From contig MGLW01000026.1 of the NCBI GenBank assembly GCA_001794905.1, forward strand, positions 10,266 to 25,127: 14,862 nucleotides of DNA, given 5' to 3'. A program made the position numbers and the translations under genes. Positions within the stretch are counted from its first letter, which is position 1, and every line of letters starts with the position of its first letter. The stretch comes from Chlamydiae bacterium RIFCSPHIGHO2_12_FULL_49_11 (GTDB lineage: Bacteria > Chlamydiota > Chlamydiia > Chlamydiales > 2-12-FULL-49-11). Shown in pieces: positions 7,351-14,862 of this stretch. The notes beneath the pieces are model-generated. The model saw only the letters and a list, made by a program, of their open reading frames with translations, had not been told where the DNA came from and did no database searches.

Positions 7351-7508
7351 TTAATGATGTGGGCAAGGTGCAAGAGCCATAAAAAAAGTCCCATCGAAGT
7401 GAGAAGGGAACCGAACCCGATTCCGAATCCGACGGCCGAGCCCCAGCCGTACCACTTCATCGATTCTTTCGCATATTCATACTCTTTATCGAAGTGTGGT
7501 TTTTCCAT
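7347..7508 (-). CDS. Unannotated 53-aa small membrane protein
   Basis: MEKPHFDKEYEYAKESMKWYGWGSAVGFGIGFGSLLTSMGLFLWLLHLAHIIK*. GGAGG lies 6 nt upstream of ATG 7508, and the TGA overlaps the CoiA-like ATG. It has a charged N-terminus and a hydrophobic C-terminal half, and is too short for the ORF track. Confidence 0.78.
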   Translation of the reverse strand: MEKPHFDKEYEYAKESMKWYGWGSAVGFGIGFGSLLTSMGLFLWLLHLAHIIK

Positions 7509-7530
7509 GTCTAGCCTCCGTGTTATTTTC

Positions 7531-7560
7531 TAGACAGGATAGCCCATTTGCTGTTATCTT
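7531..7560 (+). promoter_or_regulatory. Candidate rpoD promoter (extended -10)
   Basis: TAGACA (7531-7536), 18-nt spacer ending in TGn, TATCTT (7555-7560). Confidence 0.4.
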
Positions 7561-7583
7561 GGAAAATGTTTTTGGGTTGGAGT

Positions 7584-9257
7584 ATGTCAAGTTTGAAAGA
7601 AAGCGGGAAATCGTTCGATCCCCAGTATCAACAAAAAATTGAAGAAATCGTCGCGGTTTCCAAAGACCAAGGGTATATCACCTACGAAGAAATCAACGAT
7701 ATTTTGCCGATGACGTTCGACTCGGCCGATGAGATCGATCAGATTTTGATTTTCCTCAGCGGCATGGATGTGCAGCTTTTCAGCCAGGCGGAAATCGAGA
7801 AGCAGAAAGAGCGTAAAAAAGAGGCGAAAGAGGCTGAGACGTCCATCCGCCGCAGTGATACTCCCGCCGATGATCCGGTCCGCATGTACCTCAAAGAGAT
7901 GGGGTCGGTTCCTCTCCTTTCCCGTGAGGAAGAGGTCGAAATTTCTAAGCGGATCGAAAAAGCGCAAATGCAGATCGAGAAAATCATCATGCGTTTCCGT
8001 TTTGCAAGCCGAGAGACGATCTCCATCATCGTGGGACTGATTGCCGGAAAAGACCGTTACGATAAAATCGTTTCCGAAAAAGAGATCGAAGATAAAAGTA
8101 ATTTTTTCCACCTGATGCCAAAGTTGCAAATGCTCCTCAAAAAAGAAGACGACCATTTTGCCCAAATTCTCCAGGACTATCGGCGCGAAGAGATTTCCAA
8201 AGTGCAGAAATTGAAGCTGGCCGAAGAGATCGAGAAGAGCCGCATCCGGACGCAGGCGTACCTGCGGCGAATGCACTTTCGTTACACCCTTATCGAAGAC
8301 TTCGGAGAAGTGATCTTGATGAGCTACGACCGCTTCCTCGATCTTGAAAAAGACATCAAAGAACTCACGCCGCGTGCGGAAAAAAACCGGTTTGCCCTTG
8401 CCAAACTCCGCTCTGCCCAGCGCAAGCTCTACAAGCGCGAACTTGCTGCCGGCAGAACCCTGGACGAATTCAAAAAAGACGTGCGCATGCTGCAACGTTG
8501 GATGGATAAAAGCCTCGAAGCAAAACGGGAGATGGTCGAATCAAACCTCAGGCTGGTCATTTCCATTGCAAAGAAGTACACCAATCGTGGCCTTTCCTTC
8601 CTCGATCTCATCCAAGAAGGGAACATGGGGCTCATGAAAGCGGTCGAAAAATTCGAATACCGGCGCGGCTACAAATTTTCCACGTATGCCACCTGGTGGA
8701 TTCGGCAAGCGGTCACTCGGGCCATTGCCGACCAGGCGCGCACGATCCGTATTCCCGTGCACATGATCGAGACGATCAACAAAGTGCTCCGCGGCGCAAA
8801 AAAACTGATGATGGAGACGGGGAAAGAACCTTCGCCCGAACAGCTTGCCATCGAACTCGGCATGACGCCGGACCGGATACGGGAAATTTACAAGATTGCC
8901 CAGCATCCCATTTCGCTTCAAGCCGAAGTGGGCGATAGCGGCGAATCTCAATTCGGCGATTTTCTGGAAGACACCAATACCGAATCTCCCGCCGATGCGA
9001 CCGGATACTCGATTCTTAAAGACAAAATGGGCGAAGTGCTCGAAAGTCTCACCGATCGGGAAAAGACGGTATTGATCGAGCGGTTTGGCCTCGTCGACGG
9101 TAAGCCAAAGACACTCGAAGAAGTGGGCGTTCGTTTCAACGTCACGCGCGAGCGCGTCCGGCAGATCGAAGCCAAAGCCCTGCGCAAGATGCGCCATCCT
9201 ACCCGGGCAAAACAGCTCCAGGCCTTTCTAGAAGCCATGGAAGAGTCCGAACACTAA
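7584..9257 (+). CDS. rpoD: RNA polymerase primary sigma factor (sigma66/RpoD)
   Basis: Region 1.1 ([10 protein letters not shown]), 1.2 ([12 protein letters not shown]), 2 ([25 protein letters not shown]), 3 and 4 ([26 protein letters not shown]). ATG 7584 is preferred; 7566 is possible; TTG 7548 lies in the predicted promoter. Confidence 0.98.
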   Translation: MSSLKESGKSFDPQYQQKIEEIVAVSKDQGYITYEEINDILPMTFDSADEIDQILIFLSGMDVQLFSQAEIEKQKERKKEAKEAETSIRRSDTPADDPVRMYLKEMGSVPLLSREEEVEISKRIEKAQMQIEKIIMRFRFASRETISIIVGLIAGKDRYDKIVSEKEIEDKSNFFHLMPKLQMLLKKEDDHFAQILQDYRREEISKVQKLKLAEEIEKSRIRTQAYLRRMHFRYTLIEDFGEVILMSYDRFLDLEKDIKELTPRAEKNRFALAKLRSAQRKLYKRELAAGRTLDEFKKDVRMLQRWMDKSLEAKREMVESNLRLVISIAKKYTNRGLSFLDLIQEGNMGLMKAVEKFEYRRGYKFSTYATWWIRQAVTRAIADQARTIRIPVHMIETINKVLRGAKKLMMETGKEPSPEQLAIELGMTPDRIREIYKIAQHPISLQAEVGDSGESQFGDFLEDTNTESPADATGYSILKDKMGEVLESLTDREKTVLIERFGLVDGKPKTLEEVGVRFNVTRERVRQIEAKALRKMRHPTRAKQLQAFLEAMEESEH

Positions 9258-9277
9258 CCGAGCTTCACAATAATTAG

Positions 9278-12220
9278 CTAGCGGCCGGATTTTTCGAGTT
9301 CGGAAGGGCCGATGAGGAGGGCGAGCTTTTTGAGTTCATTCAGCACCTCGGGCGGCGTTCCTACGATCTGCATCTGTGAAAAGGCCTGATGTACTTCGGG
9401 AGCATTAGGAATGCCAACCGTGAAAGCATACAATAGATGCGACATCCTCTTTTTGACATTGCCTGAAAATGCCTGGAATAACTCAAAGGCCCGGTGCTTG
9501 AATTCGGTCAGAGGGTCTTTTTGCGCTACCGATGCAAGCGATACCTCAGCTTGCAAATAATCAATCTTACGTAGATGTTTCTGCCACTCGTTATCTAGTG
9601 CCTGGATAAGCATGGAGCGGATCAGCTCCTGAATGACGCTGATCGGATTGATCTCCTGGCGCGAGAGCTTTTGCATGAAGCCGATTGTGCGCGCCTCATG
9701 GAGCATTTTTGTCTTGAAACTGCGGAGCACCTCTTCAACGACCAGGGTTTCAACTTCTTCCTCGGTGACGGCACTTTCATGGATTTTATCGGTGTCGATC
9801 GTAATCGGGAAATGCTCTTGGATGTCGCTGCGGATGAGGTCAAGAGAGACGATGCCGCTCGCGGTATGATTTTCAAAGTGCGGAGCGATGAGATTGAGCG
9901 CAGTGCTTTCCAGTACTTCGGTGGCGAGGATGATGATGTCTCCCCTCTCCAAAAGCTCGTTGCGGAACTGGTATACCTCTTCGCGGTGCTTGTTCATCAC
10001 GTCATCGTACTCGAGGGTGTGTTTACGGATCATCCGGTTGCGCCCCTCAATCCGCTTTTGGGCCGTCTCAATGGATTTATCAATGATTTTGGCGGAAACC
10101 GCTTCCCCCTCGGGCGGGCGGAAACGCTTGATCATCTCGGTGACCCGCTGTGAGGCAAAAAGGCGCACGAGTTTATCCTCAAAAGAGAGGAAGAATTTCG
10201 AGGAGCCGGGGTCCCCCTGGCGTGCTGCCCGTCCGCGGAGCTGGCGGTCGATGCGGCGCGATTCGTGGCGCGACGTGCCGATGATGTGGAGTCCTCCGAG
10301 TGCAGGAACGTCAGGGCCGAGCTTGATGTCGGTTCCGCGTCCGGCCATATTGGTTGCAACGGTGATCGCCCCCCTTTTGCCGGCGCCGGCGATGATCTCG
10401 GCTTCTTTGGCGTGATTTTTTGCGTTCAATACTTCATGGACAAGGCTTTTGGATCGGAGGATGCGCGACAGTTTTTCCGAAATTTCAACCGACTCGGTTC
10501 CGATTAAGATCGGCCTTCCGAGGGTGTGCATTTCGTCAATCTCTCTGAGGATCGCCGTGAATTTTTCCCGTTCGGTGATGTACACTTCATCATTGGAATC
10601 TTTTCGGACGCACAGTTTGTGTGTCGGTACGACGAGAACGTCGAGCCGGTAAATTTCCTTGAATTCTTGCGCTTCGGTAATCGCCGTTCCCGTCATCCCG
10701 GCGAGTTTGTCGTACATGCGGAAATAGTTTTGCAAAGTAATGGTCGCATACGTCTGCGTCTCCCTTTGAATCGACACATTTTCTTTCGCTTCGATGGCTT
10801 GGTGCAGTCCGTCGGAAAAGCGGCGTCCCGGTTGCGGCCGGCCCGTATTTTCGTCGATGATGATCACCTCGCCGTCCTGAACGATATAGTCGACATCTTT
10901 TTCCATGAGAAGGAACGCTTTGAAGAGCTGCCGGATGTTGTGCGCTTTTTCTTTTCGGCTTGCGTCCAGAGCTCGGACTGCCGTTTTCTTTTCTAAAACG
11001 GCGTCTTCGGAAAGGGAGGAATCCTTTTCAATTTTTGTATATTCCTCGCCGAGGTCGAGCATGACAAAGTCGTTTTCATCACTCGACCAGCTCGACATTC
11101 CTCTGTCGGTCAGCTCATAATCGTTGGACCGTTCATCGATCACGATGTAAAGCTCTTTGAGGAGCGTGTTTTTTTCTTCTTTATTCTGGTCGGAGAAAAA
11201 GTAGGTTTGCACCGTTTCCAGGAGGTAGCGCAAATCGGCATTTTCCCGGATTTTGCGCACCAGTTTGTTGTGCGGCATCCCTTTTGAAACGACCCACAAT
11301 TTTTTCATGATTTCAAAGAGTTCTTTGCGCTGATCTTTCTCCAGCGAATCGATGGAAGCAAATTCCTCTTCGAAGATGCCCAAGTTTTCGAGCGAGCGCT
11401 TGGCTTCACTGGCCAGCTTGTTGCAAATGTCGCGCTGCATTTTCACAAGAGAACGTACCGGCGCTTCAAGCGAGTCGTACATTTGTCTCGACTCGGTTGA
11501 CGGCCCCGAAATGATGAGAGGCGTGCGCGCCTCATCGATCAAGATCGAGTCGATTTCGTCGATGACGGCAAAATAGTGCCCTCTCTGGCACCGCTGCTCT
11601 TTTGACATTGTCATCGAATTGTCGCGTAGGTAGTCAAATCCGAATTGGGATGAAGTGCCGTAGACGATATCGGCGGCATAGACGCTCTTTCTCATGTCAT
11701 GCGGCGTGTCATTCACAAGAGAAGTGACGGTAAGACCGAGGAAACGGAAAATTTCTCCGATCCATTCGTTATCACGCCGAACCAGATAGTCATTGACGGT
11801 AACAAGGTGTACCGGTTTTCCGGTGAGGGCATGCAAATAAAGGGGCATGGCGGCGGTGAGGGTTTTCCCTTCCCCCGTCTGCATTTCGGCGATGGAACCT
11901 TTATGCAGAGCGATAGCGCCGACGAGTTGCACATCGTAAGGGATCATGTCCCATTTCTGCTCATAGCCGGAAACATGGATGCCGGTGCCGATCAGTCTGC
12001 GGCACGCATTTTTTACGACGGCAAAAGCCTCCACGAGGAGGTCGTCCACCGTTTCGCCCGCTTTGAGCCTTTCGCGGAATTCTCCGGTTTTCTTTTTCAA
12101 ATCCTCATCGGAAAGATTTTGAAGCGCTATTTCGACTTCATTGATTTTTTTGACCGTCTTAAAATATTTCTTTACCGTCCGCGTTTGTTGTGTGCCGAAG
12201 ATTTTCTGTAAAAGTCCCAC
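9278..12220 (-). CDS. secA: Preprotein translocase ATPase SecA
   Basis: MQTGEGKT, VTVNDYL, FGFDYLRDN, DEIDSILIDEARTPLIISG, GLHQAIEAKE, ATNMAGRGTDI, RRIDRQLRGRAARQGDPG and QKDPL.EFK. GTG start with AGGA upstream. Confidence 0.98.
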   Translation of the reverse strand: MGLLQKIFGTQQTRTVKKYFKTVKKINEVEIALQNLSDEDLKKKTGEFRERLKAGETVDDLLVEAFAVVKNACRRLIGTGIHVSGYEQKWDMIPYDVQLVGAIALHKGSIAEMQTGEGKTLTAAMPLYLHALTGKPVHLVTVNDYLVRRDNEWIGEIFRFLGLTVTSLVNDTPHDMRKSVYAADIVYGTSSQFGFDYLRDNSMTMSKEQRCQRGHYFAVIDEIDSILIDEARTPLIISGPSTESRQMYDSLEAPVRSLVKMQRDICNKLASEAKRSLENLGIFEEEFASIDSLEKDQRKELFEIMKKLWVVSKGMPHNKLVRKIRENADLRYLLETVQTYFFSDQNKEEKNTLLKELYIVIDERSNDYELTDRGMSSWSSDENDFVMLDLGEEYTKIEKDSSLSEDAVLEKKTAVRALDASRKEKAHNIRQLFKAFLLMEKDVDYIVQDGEVIIIDENTGRPQPGRRFSDGLHQAIEAKENVSIQRETQTYATITLQNYFRMYDKLAGMTGTAITEAQEFKEIYRLDVLVVPTHKLCVRKDSNDEVYITEREKFTAILREIDEMHTLGRPILIGTESVEISEKLSRILRSKSLVHEVLNAKNHAKEAEIIAGAGKRGAITVATNMAGRGTDIKLGPDVPALGGLHIIGTSRHESRRIDRQLRGRAARQGDPGSSKFFLSFEDKLVRLFASQRVTEMIKRFRPPEGEAVSAKIIDKSIETAQKRIEGRNRMIRKHTLEYDDVMNKHREEVYQFRNELLERGDIIILATEVLESTALNLIAPHFENHTASGIVSLDLIRSDIQEHFPITIDTDKIHESAVTEEEVETLVVEEVLRSFKTKMLHEARTIGFMQKLSRQEINPISVIQELIRSMLIQALDNEWQKHLRKIDYLQAEVSLASVAQKDPLTEFKHRAFELFQAFSGNVKKRMSHLLYAFTVGIPNAPEVHQAFSQMQIVGTPPEVLNELKKLALLIGPSELEKSGR

Positions 12221-12244
12221 TGATTTTCCTTTTTGCTTCCTTCC

Positions 12245-12273
12245 ATTTTAATCTATTTCTAAATTTTCGTGAA
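12245..12273 (-). promoter_or_regulatory. Candidate sigma66 promoter for secA
   Basis: Minus strand TTCACG (12273-12268), 17-nt spacer, TAAAAT (12250-12245). Confidence 0.4.
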
Positions 12274-12292
12274 AAGATATACTCTGCATAAT

Positions 12293-13156
12293 ATGAAAAA
12301 AATTTATGTATACCTTCCGGGAGAGAAGAGGCTCATCGAAGAAAAAGTGTGGGGAGAGGGGCTCCTTCGCTATCTCTACCTGGAGCGCACCGATTCGCGG
12401 CTTCTCCTTTTTTTCGCCAAAAGCCGTGCTCTTTCCCGTCTGTGCGGCTGGTATTACCGGATGCCATGGACAAGGCGGAAAGTGGCCCACTTCGTTCAAA
12501 AATTTGATATCGTGATAGCCGATTTTGAAAATAAAAAATATCGTCACTTCAATGATTTTTTTACACGCCGCCTCCATCCCCGGGCCCGGCCCATTGCCTC
12601 ATCTTCCCTCGTCTCTCCCGCCGACGGGAGACTCCTTGCCTTTGAGACCTTTCCCGAACAAGGGATTTGGATCAAAGGGTGCACTTTTTCCCAGGATGCC
12701 TTTTTCGCCAAGAAGAGCGCCCTTTACTCCAGGTTTAAAGACGGGCCGATGATCATCATCCGCCTGGCTCCTCCCGACTACCATAGGTTTCATGCCCCTC
12801 TTAGCGGCATCATCACTCAAGTTGCGAAGGTCCGGGGCAGTCTCTTCTCAGTTAATCCTCTCGCGCTGGCAACAAAACCGGCCTATCTTTGTGCCAATTA
12901 TCGTATCCATATCGTGATTGAAGGAAAAATCTGCGTTTGCATGACCCTTGTCGGCGCTACCAATGTCGGAAGCATTGCCTTTACCGGCAAAGTAGGGGAT
13001 ACCGTGCTTTGCGGAGACGATTTGGGTTGTTTCAATCTGGGCGGCTCCATGATCGTCCTCTCCATCACCGAAGGAAAACCGGACACCGAACTTGTGACGC
13101 GCAGCTTATCGGGAATTGAAACCCTCGTCCGGGTAGGCACCCCGCTCATCATTTAG
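12293..13156 (+). CDS. psd: Phosphatidylserine decarboxylase proenzyme
   Basis: FNDFFTRRL...RPI, SPADG, IKG, RLAPPDYHRFHAP, SVNP, VGATNVGSI and the cleavage motif G.F.LGGS. ATG 12293 is preferred over GTG 12269. Confidence 0.95.
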   Translation: MKKIYVYLPGEKRLIEEKVWGEGLLRYLYLERTDSRLLLFFAKSRALSRLCGWYYRMPWTRRKVAHFVQKFDIVIADFENKKYRHFNDFFTRRLHPRARPIASSSLVSPADGRLLAFETFPEQGIWIKGCTFSQDAFFAKKSALYSRFKDGPMIIIRLAPPDYHRFHAPLSGIITQVAKVRGSLFSVNPLALATKPAYLCANYRIHIVIEGKICVCMTLVGATNVGSIAFTGKVGDTVLCGDDLGCFNLGGSMIVLSITEGKPDTELVTRSLSGIETLVRVGTPLII

Positions 13157-13166
13157 TCAAAGATCA

Positions 13167-13772
13167 CTAGCGGGAATGGGGGCTATCCCGTTCCTGCCGG
13201 AAGGAAAAAAAGGGAGAGGCAGGAGGAGTGGAAGGTACTGAACGGGGAGAAGAAGGGATGAGGGGCATAAGTGCGCATGTAACGTTGCAACGCGTTTCCA
13301 TGACAGTAATGGAATGGTTTTTTTCATCGTGTTCCGAAGGAAGGGGGTTTTGTGACGGGAGGAAAGCCAGTTGGAAAATGTAGGCGATGCGGACCGCTGC
13401 ATCGCTTTGTTTAACCTCGACTCCGGAAAGGCGGCGAACATAGTGGGTGTAGGGAATGCGGGATTTTTCGTTCATCCATTCTGCAAAAGGTTTTGATACG
13501 AGTGCGGGGCGAAAGTCGAACCACTTCGGCTTTAATCGATCAAGTTCGGCAAGCTGCCACTGCTGGATATCTTTGAAAAGCGCGATAACCGAAAGAGGTA
13601 AAGAAACATCGAGAAGAGTGTCTTCTTGCAGGGCATTACAAAACCCGCTGACGAATTCGTCGCGCATAGTGCGAGCTTCAAATGAGGCATCCTCGTTTTG
13701 GAAATTAAAGCTCGATACTTCTCGGATCGCTCGTTCCATGTAAGTTTCGCGGATTTGGTAAAATGTAGACAT
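13167..13772 (-). CDS. Hypothetical protein (orphan, Ser/Pro-rich C-terminal tail)
   Basis: 201-aa ORF with a strong AGGAGG RBS upstream of ATG 13772. It fills the nth-psd gap and matches no family I recognise. Confidence 0.75.
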   Translation of the reverse strand: MSTFYQIRETYMERAIREVSSFNFQNEDASFEARTMRDEFVSGFCNALQEDTLLDVSLPLSVIALFKDIQQWQLAELDRLKPKWFDFRPALVSKPFAEWMNEKSRIPYTHYVRRLSGVEVKQSDAAVRIAYIFQLAFLPSQNPLPSEHDEKNHSITVMETRCNVTCALMPLIPSSPRSVPSTPPASPFFSFRQERDSPHSR

Positions 13773-13803
13773 CAGCCCTCCTAATTTGGGGAATCATTTT
13801 AGG

Positions 13804-14415
13804 TCAACCGGTGCATTTTTTGCAAATAATGCAGTCGGCGGTGGCATGTTTTTTTGCAGGGCAAAAAGTACGCCCGTACAAGATCATTTGCAAGTGAAGT
13901 TTATTCCAGCTTGATTTTGGAAAAATGCGGCACAGATCTCGTTCCACGACGGCGGGGCTCGTGCTTCTTGAAAGGCCCCACCGAGCGCTGAGACGTAAAA
14001 TATGCGTATCTACCGGAAATGCGGGGGTATTGAAAGCTTGGGAAAGGATCACATTTGCGGTTTTGCGTCCCACACCCGGAAAAGAAAGGAGCGATTCTAT
14101 GTCTCGCGGAACTTTTCCCCCATATTTTTTTATGATCTCGTTTGCAGCGGTCCAAATCGCGTGGGATTTTTGAGAAGAAAGCCCGCACGGGCGGATGATG
14201 TCTTGCAAGGTAGCAAGGTCAAGAGCACATATTTCTTCGGGAGTTTTCGCTACGGCAAAAAGATGCGGCGTGACGGCATTCACTTTGAGGTCGGTGCACC
14301 GCTGCGATAAAATCACGGCAACAAGAAGGGTGAACGGATCGGTGTGGGATAAAAAAGGGGCAGGGGAGGGAAAAAGACGGTCCAGCGTTTCCATGATCAA
14401 CCGGGCTTTTTTCAT
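13804..14415 (-). CDS. nth: Endonuclease III (HhH-GPD DNA glycosylase/AP lyase)
   Basis: LLVAVILSQRCTD, the HhH motif LLSFPGVGRKTANV (catalytic Lys), VDTH (catalytic Asp) and a C-terminal Cys cluster. ATG 14415 overlaps the mnmE stop (ATGA). Confidence 0.95.
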   Translation of the reverse strand: MKKARLIMETLDRLFPSPAPFLSHTDPFTLLVAVILSQRCTDLKVNAVTPHLFAVAKTPEEICALDLATLQDIIRPCGLSSQKSHAIWTAANEIIKKYGGKVPRDIESLLSFPGVGRKTANVILSQAFNTPAFPVDTHILRLSARWGLSRSTSPAVVERDLCRIFPKSSWNKLHLQMILYGRTFCPAKKHATADCIICKKCTG

Positions 14416-14862
14416 TTTCCTACGCAAAATTTGGAGAAGATCGCCGATAAAAGCTCTTCAGTGATGTTCATGCCGATGATGGATGACAAGGCATTTGCCC
14501 CTGCGCGCATTTCAATCGCGATAAGATCGTAATCGGAAGAGCAAGAGAGCAGTTCGAGCGCATGAGAGAGATCGACTTTTGCTCTTTGAACCGCATGAAA
14601 ATGTCGCTCTTTCGTCAGCACCACCTCATCATACCCGCCGCTGCCAGTGGTGAGCCGGTTTGTGATTGCCTTTTTCAACGAATCCATTCCGGTCTTATTG
14701 CGCGCCGATACCGTTACGGTTTCCGTTTCGAATTCGAACGGAGGAGGAGGGGGTGCTGCATCGATTTTGTTGATGACGACGAGAGTTTTTTCAGAATCGC
14801 ACCGTTCGAGGAGTATTTTTTCTTCCGCGGAAAAAGGGGTCGTCGCATCGAGGACGAGCAAG
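14412..14862 (-). CDS. mnmE: tRNA modification GTPase MnmE/TrmE (3' part; runs off the right edge)
   Basis: G4 NKID, G5 VSA..K.G, LT.ERH and the C-terminal IFSKFCVGK motif. Confidence 0.97.
   Translation of the reverse strand, partial: LLVLDATTPFSAEEKILLERCDSEKTLVVINKIDAAPPPPPFEFETETVTVSARNKTGMDSLKKAITNRLTTGSGGYDEVVLTKERHFHAVQRAKVDLSHALELLSCSSDYDLIAIEMRAGANALSSIIGMNITEELLSAIFSKFCVGK

Noticed and set aside
7408..7432. Short tandem-like repeat (ccgaac/ccgatt/ccgaat/ccga)
   Set aside because: Explained by the GFGIGFG codons of the small ORF; not a CRISPR array or DNA repeat.
7276..7533. 85-aa + strand ORF upstream of rpoD
   Set aside because: The minus-strand 53-aa ORF at the same place has a clear RBS, TM character and stop/start coupling.
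7585..7590. Perfect TTGACA on the minus strand at the rpoD start
   Set aside because: No convincing -10 at 16-18 nt spacing (best is CATTTT).
7587..9238. Long minus-strand ORFs (302, 218 and 96 aa) within rpoD
   Set aside because: Antisense shadows of a highly conserved gene, with no recognisable motifs.
9258..9277. Possible terminator between convergent rpoD and secA
   Set aside because: Only weak AGCT pairing, with no GC-rich stem followed by a U-tract.
9278..9420. SecA lacks the C-terminal Zn-binding SEC-C motif and has a long insertion in the PPXD region
   Set aside because: As I recall, this is normal for chlamydial SecA and not specific to this genome.
9622..12211. Many 70-175 aa alternative ORFs inside secA (and similarly inside npt)
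   Set aside because: Off-frame or antisense by-products with no independent coding evidence.
12248..12577. 109-aa minus-strand ORF overlapping psd
   Set aside because: Antisense to conserved psd coding sequence, with no supporting features.

Overview
This is mostly a conserved-core segment of an environmental (non-Chlamydiaceae) Chlamydiae chromosome. The assignment rests on a TLC/Npt nucleotide transporter, a CT623-like and a MOMP-like outer-membrane beta-barrel, and chlamydial-type sigma66, SecA, Psd and Nth. Gene order: polA (5' part, -), sppA/sohB (-), pgsA (-), npt (-), CT623-like porin (-), MOMP-like porin (-), rpsT (-), two-TM hypothetical (+), CoiA-like nuclease (-), a 53-aa membrane protein missed by the ORF track (-), rpoD (+), secA (-), psd (+), a 201-aa orphan (-), nth (-), mnmE (3' part, -). 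I found no RNA genes, mobile elements, CRISPR arrays or canonical terminators. Best leads: (i) the small membrane protein translationally coupled to a CoiA-like nuclease lacking its Zn-ribbon, divergent from rpoD; (ii) the orphan with an Fbw7-degron-like TPPASP tail, a possible effector; (iii) a structured or uORF-bearing npt leader; (iv) two porin genes apparently co-transcribed with rpsT. All family calls come from motif recognition and recall, not database searches.
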